This document shows positions 43,299-53,363 of a stretch of DNA of 62,175 bases, piece by piece; the first letter of the stretch is position 1; each line of letters opens with the position of its first letter. Below the pieces are notes generated by a model, which was given only the letters and a program-made list of their open reading frames with translations, had not been told where the DNA came from and made no database searches. Source of the stretch: Candidatus Parcubacteria bacterium (GTDB lineage: Bacteria > Patescibacteriota > Minisyncoccia > Phycocordibacterales > PALSA-1337); NCBI GenBank assembly GCA_963766795.1, contig CAVYBN010000013.1, forward strand, positions 1 through 62,175. The letters are read 5' to 3'. The position numbers were made by a program, and so were the translations under genes.

Positions 43299-45383
43299 TC
43301 ACTCCCCCGCCCGCATCATCTTGACAAAGACTTCCTGCGGGATGGTCACGATGCCGTGCTCCTTGAGGCGCTTGCGGCCTTCTTTCTGCTTCTCGCGCAA
43401 TTTCATTTTGCGGGTGATGTCGCCGCCGGAGAGCGTGGCCGCGGCGTCTTTCTTCTTGCCGGAAACGGTCTCGGAGGAAATGATGCGCCCGAAGGCCTTG
43501 GCTTGGACTTTGAAGGTGAAGAGCTCGCGCGGCAATATCTCATGTAGCTTGGTCACCATGGCGACGGCGTCCTCGGGCACGCGGCGGCGCGAGACCACGC
43601 GGGCGAAAGCCGGCACCGGCAGGTCGGCTATGAGGATGTCCATGCGCACCACGTCGGCTGGCCGATTTTCGGTGATGTCGTATGAGATGGAGGCGTAACC
43701 GGAAGAGATGCTCTTGACCTCGTCGAAGAAGTTGCGCATCAATTCACGCAAGGGCATGCGCAAAGTCAGCATATTCCTGTTGTCGCCGAAGTTGTCAGTG
43801 GCCAGGACTTCGGCTTCGTGATCGTAGAGGGCTTTCATGAGACCGCCCAAGTATTTCGGCGGCGTGATGATCTTCATCGTAACAATCGGCTCTGATACTG
43901 CTTTAATCTCATTATCGTCAGGAAAAAGCGCCGGTGAATAGACTGTCAGCGTCTTGCCGCTCTTCAATTCGACGTTGTAGGTGATGGAAGGCTGGGTCAC
44001 GATGAGCTCAAGGTCGAATTCGCGGCGCAGGCGCTCGGTGACAATTTCCATGTGCAACATTCCCAAAAAGCCGCAACGATAGCCTTTGCCGAGAGTGCCG
44101 GAAGCTTCTTCCTCGTAAGTGAATGATGAGTCGGACAATTTGAGCCGGCCGAGCGCCTGGCGGAGCAATGACAGATCGTCCTGCGATTCCGGGTAGAGCG
44201 AAGCCCAGACGACGGGCCGCGGGGTCTTGTAGCCCGGCAATGGCGGCAATGTGTCTTTGATCGAAGCAACGGTATCTCCGACTGAAGCGATGCCCGGCTC
44301 TTTGATGCCGGTGACGATGTAGCCGATCTCGCCGGCGCTCAATGATTCGACAGGCGTATTGTCGGGCTTGAATATGCCGACCTCGATGGCCTCGAAGCTC
44401 TTATCGGCGATCTTGAAGACGAGCTTGTCGTGCCTTTTGACAGAGCCGGTCATGACTCTTACGTAAACTATTACGCCGGTGTGGTTGGAGTATTGGAAAT
44501 CGAAGATCAAGGAACGGAACGCCTGGCCTGGTGTGGAGGAGTCAGAGCTTTCGAAAGTCCGGACATGCTCTTTGCGATTTTTGTCACCCCCGCGGAAGCG
44601 GGGGTCCAGGGTATTACCGCTAACCTCATCTTCAGAACCCTGGATTCCCGCTTTCGCGGGAATGACAACAGAATTCACAGAAGCGACATTTGGTTTCGAA
44701 AACTCTGCCTCCGAAGCATTGGGCGGCGGCACCCTTCTGATAACCTCATTCAGCAGATCCTCCACGCCTTCGCCGGTCTTGCCGGAGACTTTGAGGACTT
44801 CGGCGGCATCGCATTCCAATAATTGCGCGACCTCGTGGATGACTTCATCGGTGCGCGCCAATGGCGAATCGATCTTTGAAACGACCGGGATTATAGTCAG
44901 TCCAGCTTCGCGCGCCATGTTTAGCGTCGTCAATGTTTGGGCTTGAACGCCTTGGGTGGCGTCAACAAGAAGAATCGAACCTTCAACGGCCTTTAATGAT
45001 CGCGAGACTTCATAGGAGAAGTCGATGTGGCCGGGAGTGTCTATCAAATTCAGAATGAATTCTGAATTTGAAAGCTCCAAATCCCAAGCACCAATTTCCA
45101 AACTCTGATCGGCTTGTTTGAGATTTGGAATTTGTGATTTATTTGGAAATTGAGATTTGGAATTTGGAATTTCCGCATGATTTGGCCTCCAAATCATGCG
45201 GACTGGCTGCATCTTAATAGTGATTCCTCTTTCGCGCTCAAGCTCCATCGAATCCAGCACCTGTTCCTGCATCTTCCTTTTTTCGATGGTGCCGGTCAAT
45301 TCGAGCATGCGGTCAGCCAGCGTCGACTTACCGTGGTCGATGTGCGCGATTATTGAGAAGTTGCGGATGAATTTTGGATCCAT
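43299..45383 (-). CDS. lepA: Elongation factor 4 with two in-frame insertions
   Basis: IRNFSIIAHIDHGKSTLADR, LNLIDTPGH, GFLGMLH, GGDITRKMKL. Confidence 0.97.
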   Translation of the reverse strand: MDPKFIRNFSIIAHIDHGKSTLADRMLELTGTIEKRKMQEQVLDSMELERERGITIKMQPVRMIWRPNHAEIPNSKSQFPNKSQIPNLKQADQSLEIGAWDLELSNSEFILNLIDTPGHIDFSYEVSRSLKAVEGSILLVDATQGVQAQTLTTLNMAREAGLTIIPVVSKIDSPLARTDEVIHEVAQLLECDAAEVLKVSGKTGEGVEDLLNEVIRRVPPPNASEAEFSKPNVASVNSVVIPAKAGIQGSEDEVSGNTLDPRFRGGDKNRKEHVRTFESSDSSTPGQAFRSLIFDFQYSNHTGVIVYVRVMTGSVKRHDKLVFKIADKSFEAIEVGIFKPDNTPVESLSAGEIGYIVTGIKEPGIASVGDTVASIKDTLPPLPGYKTPRPVVWASLYPESQDDLSLLRQALGRLKLSDSSFTYEEEASGTLGKGYRCGFLGMLHMEIVTERLRREFDLELIVTQPSITYNVELKSGKTLTVYSPALFPDDNEIKAVSEPIVTMKIITPPKYLGGLMKALYDHEAEVLATDNFGDNRNMLTLRMPLRELMRNFFDEVKSISSGYASISYDITENRPADVVRMDILIADLPVPAFARVVSRRRVPEDAVAMVTKLHEILPRELFTFKVQAKAFGRIISSETVSGKKKDAAATLSGGDITRKMKLREKQKEGRKRLKEHGIVTIPQEVFVKMMRAGE
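44583..44666. repeat. Paired REP-like palindromic element in frame in lepA
   Basis: 84 bp encoding VIPAKAGIQ..LDPRFRGGD. Confidence 0.85.
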
Positions 45384-45520
45384 TGGGATATGTCTGGCAT
45401 TCAAAAGCCTATTGAATATAGCAGATTGGGGCTGATTTACCAAAAGACCGATGATTGCAGTTGACAACATCCGATTCACGAGTAGGATTTAAAACGAAAG
45501 GAAAACACAAAAAAGTTCTT

Positions 45521-46024
45521 ATGAAAACAAGTGAATTATTTGAAAAGACGTTGGAAGCATTGCGACAAAGGCAGGTGCACCATAATTCTCAACTCGGTCT
45601 CATCAACTCGGCGATATCCTCGCTCAAATCTGGTAAAGGGCTCGTCTACGAAGCTCACATTCAAACCAGCTCGCCTGACCATCGTTCCATCATGGCTGAA
45701 GGGGTTAAACTTGAGGTAGCGTGCGAACGCGCCAGAAAGCTCTGGATTGATTACAATCATAACGGCCAAGGCAGGTACAACGGAAGCGTCGAAGTGTTCG
45801 TCCGCGTTAACGGCCTTCGCATGGCGGTTATGCAGGAGGATGCGGTCGCCATCATGGCCGACGAGAGCGGTGTGGAGACACCTCCAAGTTCATTCAAGCT
45901 TGATGACCGCGTCTCAAAGTTTCCGAACCCTATGGTTTTCAAAAAAAGCGATACTAAGCTCCCGAGCGCATGGTATACGACCCTGCCAACGCCGCTGGCT
46001 TACGCCGAAGCAGTCCCTGCTTGA
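45521..46024 (+). CDS. Hypothetical protein
   Basis: ORF with upstream TTGACA (45462) and downstream GCGCGCC hairpin plus T-run. Confidence 0.6.
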   Translation: MKTSELFEKTLEALRQRQVHHNSQLGLINSAISSLKSGKGLVYEAHIQTSSPDHRSIMAEGVKLEVACERARKLWIDYNHNGQGRYNGSVEVFVRVNGLRMAVMQEDAVAIMADESGVETPPSSFKLDDRVSKFPNPMVFKKSDTKLPSAWYTTLPTPLAYAEAVPA

Positions 46025-46070
46025 TTCGCGAGCATCTTCCCCAGCGCGCCCTTTGGCAAGGCGCGCTTTT

Positions 46071-47750
46071 TTACATATGCCCCGTCTCCGCCGGCGGCAC
46101 CGGTATCTTCCAGATCTTGTGGTGTAACGCGCGCCAGACTTCGGCGAATTCGCGGTTCTGGAGGATGATGAGAGTGAGTATAAGCACGCCGATGCCTATC
46201 AGGCCCGAGACGAATCCTTGCATGAAGACGCCCCAGATCTTGGTCATCGGGAATATGCCGGCAAAGATGCGTAAGGATAGGAACGCGGCATAGCCCATGA
46301 TGACCGAGGCGGCGAAGCTGTGGAACAGGGTCGAAGCCACCGGCTTGGTGAATCCCGGATAGACGCGCCCGAAGACGATCCAGTGGAGGATGGCGTTCAG
46401 AGTGGTGCCGATCGAATAGGCCAGAGCCAGCATGAGAACGCTGGTGCCGGCCTGTCCGTCGACCTTGAGGATGTCTTCGATGAAATAGCGGAATATCGCC
46501 ACGTGGTAATAGTAGTGTACGCCGGCATAGCCCAGAAGGACGATGACGACGGCCGAGACGCCGTTGATCCAGAGCGGCCGGCTGGTTTTGCCTTCGGCGT
46601 AGAAAGCCCGGACGAACAGCACGATCAGGCTCTGGCCGATGGTCGAGACCACGAACAGAGCCAGCATGGCGGCAGTCAGGCGCGTGTCGGCCCAGTCGAA
46701 TTTGCCGGCGCCCAAGACGGTGCGGACGATCTGCGCGCGCAGGACGATGAAGAGGACGCAGAGCGGCATCGACCAGAAGATGATGTGACGCGCGGCGGCG
46801 ATCATCTTCTCAAGGAATTCTTTGGTGTTCTTCTCGTAGAACAGCCGCGAAAGGGTCGGAAAGACCGCCGAAGAATAGCTGGCACCGATGAGCGAGAGCG
46901 GCACTGACTGCAGGTTCCAGGACAGATTGAAAACGGAGATCGAGCCGACGGAGAGGAGCGAGGCGAACGAGATCAGCACGAATTCTGCGAATTCATTGGC
47001 GGAAAGGGTCAAAGTGCGCGGAAACGAGGTGAGAGCGATCTTCTTCACGCTCATCCAGTCGATCCTGCGGGTGAAGCGCGGCACCAGCTTCTCGTGGGCC
47101 ATGAACGGGATCTGGATGCCCATGTGCAGGAGCGCGCCCAGAGCTACGCCGACCGCCAAGCCGGTTATGCCCATGATGGGATAAAAGAGCGATACGCCGG
47201 CGATGATGCCAAGGTTGTAGACGACTGGGCTAGCCGCGTAGACCAGGAATCGATGGCGCATCTGCGTCAGGCTGGAAAAGAGATTGGAGAGCCCCAGGAA
47301 GATCGGCGAGAAGAGCATGATGCGCATCGAGAGCACGAGCTCCGGCAACAAAGGATCGTGGGCAAAGCCCGGCATGATCTTAGGCACGAGCCATGGAGCC
47401 AGGGCCCAAACTAGGCCCGAGACTACCGCGATCGACGCGAAGAAGAGCGTGAACATCGCGTCGGAGAAGCTCGTTCCCTCTTCCTTGCCCTTGCCGAAGC
47501 GCTCTATGAAATATGGCAGGAGAATAGAGGCTGAGACCAACGAGCCGATCGAAGCGAACAGGAAGTCCGGGATGCGGAAAGCCGCGTAATATACGTCCAG
47601 AAGATGCCCGGCGCCGAAGGTGAATGCCAGGAGCTTGTCGCGGACCAGAGCCAGGATGAGCGAGAGCAGGGCGAAGACAGCCAAGAGATAAGCGGCCTCA
47701 TGCAGACCGCGTATCTCTTTGCCGATGACGGAAAATATGCGCTTGACCAT
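46071..47750 (-). CDS. murJ: Lipid II flippase MurJ/MviN
   Basis: RDKLLA..FG..LDVYYAAFRIPD, multi-TM, RAFYA. Confidence 0.9.
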   Translation of the reverse strand: MVKRIFSVIGKEIRGLHEAAYLLAVFALLSLILALVRDKLLAFTFGAGHLLDVYYAAFRIPDFLFASIGSLVSASILLPYFIERFGKGKEEGTSFSDAMFTLFFASIAVVSGLVWALAPWLVPKIMPGFAHDPLLPELVLSMRIMLFSPIFLGLSNLFSSLTQMRHRFLVYAASPVVYNLGIIAGVSLFYPIMGITGLAVGVALGALLHMGIQIPFMAHEKLVPRFTRRIDWMSVKKIALTSFPRTLTLSANEFAEFVLISFASLLSVGSISVFNLSWNLQSVPLSLIGASYSSAVFPTLSRLFYEKNTKEFLEKMIAAARHIIFWSMPLCVLFIVLRAQIVRTVLGAGKFDWADTRLTAAMLALFVVSTIGQSLIVLFVRAFYAEGKTSRPLWINGVSAVVIVLLGYAGVHYYYHVAIFRYFIEDILKVDGQAGTSVLMLALAYSIGTTLNAILHWIVFGRVYPGFTKPVASTLFHSFAASVIMGYAAFLSLRIFAGIFPMTKIWGVFMQGFVSGLIGIGVLILTLIILQNREFAEVWRALHHKIWKIPVPPAETGHM

Positions 47751-47777
47751 TGTTGCCTATGCTCGCTCGATGCGCCC

Positions 47778-50312
47778 TTAGGGTTTCTTCTCCGGTATCG
47801 GAGGGCTGGAACGCTTCTCCGGCGCGGTCGAAGCGGGCGGAGTGGCTCCGGCGAAGGGCGACTTGCCGGCTCGGAGATTGGCGAGGATCATGGCGACTTC
47901 TTGATTGCTAGGATTTGAGACCGCCAGCCGTTCGAACTGCGCGGACGCGTCCGGGATGCGGTTTAGCTGCGCGTAGGACAAGCCCAAGAAGTATTGCGCG
48001 TTGGCATAGTCAGGCTGGAGCTTGACGGCCTGGGCCAGAGTCGCGGCCGCGTCGGCATAATCTTTGCTCACGTATTGCAGTAAGCCGAGCTGGAAGTACA
48101 AGAGCGGATTGGTGTTATTCAGGCCGATGGCGAATTTCGCGGCGGTGATGGCGTCCGGCAGGTTGCCCTTGGCGGCTTCGACTTGCGTCAGGAGGAAGAC
48201 CGCGTCGAGATAGTTATTCTTGACCTGCAAGGACGCGCCGATGGTCTGCAAGGACGCGTCGAGCTGGTTCTGCGAGACCTGCAGGCGGGCTAGCGAGAGA
48301 TAGAGGGACGGGTTGCCGGGATTGAGGGAGATGGCCGAGCTATAGGCCTGTACGCCGGCCTGATAGCCGTTAGCCATCTTGAGCGAAGCCGCCAGCTCGG
48401 CTACGCGGGCTTCGGAAACATAGTTATAGTAGTTGGTCGGATCAGCGGCGACGGCTTTGGCGGCGTATTGCGAAGCCTGGTTGCCCAGAGCCACGGTCCG
48501 GAGAGCCACGGATTGCGAGGTTGACGCGTCCGAAGACGAATTGAGCGTGGCGAGGAGCGCGCGGGCCTGCGCCAGGCTGGCTTCGACTCGTCCCTGCCAA
48601 TAGATATCGATCGGATTCAGGGTCGCGGCCATGCGGAAATCGTTGTCAGCGACAACCGGGTCATTGGCGACGGTCAGGGCCTGAAGGCCTTTGCCGAAGT
48701 AAGCCAGAGCGGCGGTATCCTTGATGAAGACGATGCCCCAGACAGCGGCCACGGCCGTGAGGACCGCAGTGAGAGCCGGCAAGAGACGGGAGGAGCGGCC
48801 GGGGCGCGGCAAGGCCACAGGAGAGAGATATCCGTAGGCCATGCTGGCGCCCAACCATATGCCGGTCATGGCTAGCCCCAGGAAGAACGCGGCTTCCGAC
48901 GGCACGCACGCGAGAGAGACTATCCAAACTGACGCCGCCGCGAAGAACGAGGATGTAACGACGAAGCGCGCCGACGGGTCAGCCGACTTGGCCGCGCGAG
49001 AAAGCGACCGCTTGCCCAATATGCCGATATAGACGAACAGGAGGATCCAGAGGATGAAGCCGATCATGCCTTGCTCGACCATCAGAGTCGGGATCAATCC
49101 GAAGCCGGCGTTGAATTCGACGGACCAAGCGTCGGTCTGGTCGATGCCCGCGGGCTTATGAGCCAAGAAGGCCTGGCTGAAGCGGTTGGGTCCGACGCCG
49201 AAGAGAGGCTGGTCCTTGAGAGCGCCGGTGCCGACATCCAAAGTCATCTGCCAAGGCAATGACAGCTCCGAGTAGCCGGCGTTGAATCTGGAGATCAGAG
49301 GGCCGGCTAGGCTATTGCCCTTCCAGGCAAAGAGGCCGGCGACGAGGAAAGCCACGAACGGTATCCAAGAGACGCGCTTCAGGAAAGAGACGACCCGTGA
49401 ACCTGCCGGGCGGGGTTTAAGCCATGACGCGTATATAGTCAGTCCGAGTAAGACCAAGGCGGCTGTCTGCCAGACTGGCACCGAATTGATCATGAAGGCG
49501 CCGACGGCCGAGAGACCGATCAGGATCCAGTAAGCGATCTTGATGCGCCTGGACAGAGGCAGGAAGATCACGGCCGAGAGGCCCAGGATGACGACTGTCA
49601 TGGAATAGATGGCCAGCGAATACCAAGAACCGAATACCGTGTCCGTAACGCCGTTCAAGATGCCTAGCGAGAGATGCGCGCCGAAGATCAGGCGCAGGGC
49701 ATGGAAAATCCACAGGAGTAGGAATGGCGGCACGATGGCGGCGTACATGACGATGGCGCGCTCGGCACGGCGGAAGACCGCCGCGGAGATCACGGCTGCC
49801 GAGAGAAGCATGAGGATGATGAAGCTCGCGGAGCTCTCTTCGAACCCTTGGCCGAAGATGGATTTCCATGCGTGGCCGGAGACGAATGCCGAGGCGATGA
49901 GCGAGAGCGCCATCAAGATGCCGAGCCAAACGATGCTTCGCGGAGGGAGCGTGAGCTTCTTCTCCTTCAAGGCGACGATGCCGTACAAGACAGCCGAGGC
50001 GAGAACACCGACTGCGATAACGATGGTCTTCTCCGTGTCGAGCGAGACATACTGGCTAGACCAGAATGAGAGCGGCGCCAGGACGAGCGTGGCCAGGAGG
50101 ACGCTGAATGCCCACGATTCGAGACGCGAGCCGGGCCTCGATACTGGCTTTGCCGGAACCGCCGGCGCGGCTGGCTTGAAAGGCGATTGGAAAGTAGGCT
50201 TGGCATCGAAGGCTGACGGTTGTTGTACCGGCTTGTCTGTCGTTTTGGCAAAAGGATTAAAGGCTGGCTGCGATGCTTTTGGTTGGTACTCGGACTTTGA
50301 AAGAGGGGGCAT
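47778..50312 (-). CDS. O-antigen ligase-like multi-TM protein with C-terminal TPRs
   Basis: PLFGVGPNRF, EQGMIG, TPR repeats (PDYANAQYFLG). Confidence 0.75.
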   Translation of the reverse strand: MPPLSKSEYQPKASQPAFNPFAKTTDKPVQQPSAFDAKPTFQSPFKPAAPAVPAKPVSRPGSRLESWAFSVLLATLVLAPLSFWSSQYVSLDTEKTIVIAVGVLASAVLYGIVALKEKKLTLPPRSIVWLGILMALSLIASAFVSGHAWKSIFGQGFEESSASFIILMLLSAAVISAAVFRRAERAIVMYAAIVPPFLLLWIFHALRLIFGAHLSLGILNGVTDTVFGSWYSLAIYSMTVVILGLSAVIFLPLSRRIKIAYWILIGLSAVGAFMINSVPVWQTAALVLLGLTIYASWLKPRPAGSRVVSFLKRVSWIPFVAFLVAGLFAWKGNSLAGPLISRFNAGYSELSLPWQMTLDVGTGALKDQPLFGVGPNRFSQAFLAHKPAGIDQTDAWSVEFNAGFGLIPTLMVEQGMIGFILWILLFVYIGILGKRSLSRAAKSADPSARFVVTSSFFAAASVWIVSLACVPSEAAFFLGLAMTGIWLGASMAYGYLSPVALPRPGRSSRLLPALTAVLTAVAAVWGIVFIKDTAALAYFGKGLQALTVANDPVVADNDFRMAATLNPIDIYWQGRVEASLAQARALLATLNSSSDASTSQSVALRTVALGNQASQYAAKAVAADPTNYYNYVSEARVAELAASLKMANGYQAGVQAYSSAISLNPGNPSLYLSLARLQVSQNQLDASLQTIGASLQVKNNYLDAVFLLTQVEAAKGNLPDAITAAKFAIGLNNTNPLLYFQLGLLQYVSKDYADAAATLAQAVKLQPDYANAQYFLGLSYAQLNRIPDASAQFERLAVSNPSNQEVAMILANLRAGKSPFAGATPPASTAPEKRSSPPIPEKKP

Positions 50313-50407
50313 GTAAGTATGTTTTAGGCTGTTAATTGATATTCATTGATTATAGCATGACCAAAATATATGCAAACAAGCGCCCGGTGAAGGGCGCTTG
50401 TCTGTTT

Positions 50408-50943
50408 AGCCGCACGATAAGCCGAATTCTGTCTCACCACGCCGTATCCCGATGTTCATCGGGAGGAGGCGGGCGATGACAACCATATCTCTAGGATGCG
50501 CGTCGCCGCGCACCTCTTGCGACTCCCCCTTGCTCCGCAAGGAAATTCCAAGATCCAAATTCCAATTTCCAAACGATATCAATGAACGTTTGGAGCTTGG
50601 TGCTTGGAATTTGGGATTTCCGTGCGAAGCACGGGTACGGTCTTGCACCGAAGTAAGAGTTTAGCCGTTGCACTTCGGCCCTTGGCTCACTCTACAAAAG
50701 TAAAGCGGGCCTCTAGCCGAATTCGCCCCGATGTCGCCGCTTGCGCGGCTCTTCGGGGCGGTCTCGCTCTTTCGAGCGCGACCGTCACTGTTCGCATCTC
50801 AAGGAATTGCCTTGGCAGGAATTGCCTGCTACTTGCTGCTTTATGATAGCGATCGCTGGGACGACACCACAAAGCCGGTGTTCGGACTTTCCTCTCCGAA
50901 GAGCCGCCTTGCGGCGACATCGGAGCGGTTGTCTGGTGCAGCT
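50408..50943 (-). ncRNA. rnpB: RNase P RNA, enlarged (~535 nt)
   Basis: GAGGAAAGTCC near the 5' end, ACAGAATTCGGCTTA near the 3' end, P1 AGCTGCAC/GTGCGGCT, terminator at 50377-50406. Confidence 0.92.
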
Positions 50944-51010
50944 CCTCGTAATATACATCATTTTAAATCGCTTGACAAGCGGCGATTTGAAGCGTAATTT
51001 CAATTCAGAT

Positions 51011-52626
51011 ATGAACCCTAAAATAATGTCGTTCCACAATGGGACGACACGGTTCGTCGTCGCCATTCCCTGTCTTAACGTCGCGCTCAAAATTGCGCAC
51101 GTACATCCTCTCCATGCCATTAAAACATTAGTTTGGATGGTTGGAATAGCTCGGAAAGCGAGGAAGACAAATACTCCACTTACATTTATAAGAGTCTTGA
51201 AATGGACTGATGAACAATCTCTATCGTTACGTTGGCAATTCCGCGGGATATATTGCAATCTAAGGGAATACCGGTTCTTCAGAAGCTCGGGAAATCCTTT
51301 ACTATGGCCAACAGTTTTTTCCTTCTTCGGTTTGGTAAATATCCAGCCGTTTGCATATCACCAGCCTCCAGAGACTACTGATAATAAGCTTTGGAAATTC
51401 GTACTGGATGTAACGGAGGAAAATGCGGCTTAATGGTACTTTTGTGAGGCTAGACTTTCCCTCCAAGCAATGTTTTGACCATTTTGATCTTCTGTTCGCG
51501 CGCGAGCCCGGCGTGAATGGCTATCGAGTTCTTGATCTTGGTGAATGAACCGTCAAGAGAATTCGTGGTGTTCGGGATATGGAGTTCCGGGTATCTTTCA
51601 AAAGTGAACAGGTTCGGCAAATGCCTTTTAATGCTGTCTCGAGCGCCTCGAAGCTTCCGATGCGTGTAAGCGTATCTTCCGGTTTTTTCGTTCAAGCTTT
51701 TTTCTTTCAAGAACGCGTCCCACTTTTCGCACCATTCCTTGAACTTCAAGGTGAATTCCGCTTCAGTGCTCGCAGTCAAGGTATTCACGATTGCCAGAAG
51801 CTCCACGCCGGCTGGCAAGAGAGGGTTGAGCGTGATCCGTCTCACGACGATCTGCTTCTGGTGGAAGTGGCACATCTGCGACGGTATTCCCTTGAAAAGC
51901 CACGATACGGCCACTTTTCCGTCTCCCACGATGGCTTTGATCGTAAAACCTTTCTCTTTCAGCTCCCGAAGCGCCGTCTGGTAGCAGAACGTGCTTTCAA
52001 ATTGGATCGTCTCCATGTACACGTTCTCTTTCGTATGCGGATCGCGTACCACGAAGATCCACTCGTTCCCGACCTTGCTCGCGTCCATGACCGCGACCAT
52101 GGCGCGAGGAACTGGCTTCGCGTCCGGAAGCTCGTAGAGCTTGAGCTGATTGCGGACCCACTTCTCGGACTTGCGGTATTTCTCCGTGAGCGTCTCGACG
52201 GTCGCGTATCGAAAACAAAAATCAAACCAGAGCTTCTTTCTGATCTGAGACGGGTCTCTTTTCTTTGATATCTGAAATTGAACGGAACAGCCGGTGCATT
52301 TGTATCTCTGGATCCCTCTAAACCGGCCGTTCTTTTTTACCGCTTTGGAAGCGCAATTTGGGCAAGAAATCGTTTTTTTTACGCATATTCATTAATATTT
52401 GTTAAATATGGCTTTACTAGAAGCTGATTGTATCATCACAGCCTCACAAAAGTACCATTAAGCCGAAAATGCCATGGATGAACCGCATACTCTAAGTGAG
52501 GAAAAGAATTACGCGATTGATCCTCAAGGTTATTTGCGGTTAATTGATTACGGCAGTTCTAAAGGTCAAAAAGTAATTGCCGAGTATGGCCAGAAGCTCT
52601 ACGAGCAAAGCCGCAACCTCTTTTGA
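51011..52626 (+). pseudogene. Kinase-like hypothetical gene interrupted by IS
   Basis: Frame rejoins across the TSD: ..VTEENA|MDEPHTLSEEKNYAIDPQGYLRLIDYGS..; has ALK, NLRE and LIDYG motifs. Confidence 0.65.
51427..52464 (-). mobile_element. IS256-like element, copy 2 (1038 bp, intact)
   Basis: Same TIRs as copy 1; TSD GAAAATGC at 51419-51426 and 52465-52472; transposase frame ends at 51450. Confidence 0.95.
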
Positions 52627-52707
52627 ATCACAAAGCCCGCTCCCCTTCCGCTTTCGCTCCGTCAGTTGACGGACGGCGAAGACGGAAGCGAGCGGCTTTT
52701 TTGTTAT

Positions 52708-53010
52708 TTAAACGATCCCTGCTTCCGCATTCGCCTTGAGCATGAACGGCATAAAATAATCACTCAATGATTTGGCAGAGATATCGTAGCGCCGTGCAGG
52801 ATTCACGAGATCGTCAATAATGTCTGACGCTATCTTGCTTTCTTCGCGAGCGCCGCGGCTGTTTGAAGAAAGCAATTTGACAAGAATTCTCTTGGCGCGA
52901 TTGTAAGTGCTTTTCATCATGTCAATGTCATTTTTTTCTTTGTAAGAGAAAATCCTGGCGACTTCAACGCCCAGATTGGCCATGTAAAACGTCGGGGTGT
53001 GATCATTCAT
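52708..53010 (-). CDS. Hypothetical protein
   Basis: MANLGVEVAR motif; 4-nt overlap with the upstream gene. Confidence 0.65.
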   Translation of the reverse strand: MNDHTPTFYMANLGVEVARIFSYKEKNDIDMMKSTYNRAKRILVKLLSSNSRGAREESKIASDIIDDLVNPARRYDISAKSLSDYFMPFMLKANAEAGIV

Positions 53011-53360
53011 GTCTTTATGATCCGTTCAATGATGAGTTTGATCCTATGGCGCAAAGAATCATCTTCGATATCCATAAGACGATTATTTTGCGCAGGGCGT
53101 ATGTTTATCAAAGAATTGTACTCCAGCCAGTCTTTCTTTGGCTTTAACAACCATATGTTAAAACCCCAGACATCGCTCTGCTTTGATCCATTATCCATAA
53201 GGACATCGTTGGCGTCTCGGTGGAACTCACCTCCTAAAGCAACGACTTCTCTTTTGACATCGACAACGCCTTTGATCATTTCTACATACCAAAGCTTCGC
53301 CAGCTCTTTGACCTCATTGAGTGTTATAGAATCGGTGATAATGCGTATCTCCATGCCCAC
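53007..53360 (-). CDS. DUF5674 family protein
   Basis: MIKGVVDV..GGEFH.D..GSKQSDVWGFN..SLINIRP.QNNR. Confidence 0.8.
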   Translation of the reverse strand: MGMEIRIITDSITLNEVKELAKLWYVEMIKGVVDVKREVVALGGEFHRDANDVLMDNGSKQSDVWGFNIWLLKPKKDWLEYNSLINIRPAQNNRLMDIEDDSLRHRIKLIIERIIKT

Positions 53361-53363
53361 AGA

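Noticed and set aside
50406-50997. ORFs called over 50406-50997
   Set aside because: They overlap the RNase P RNA gene.
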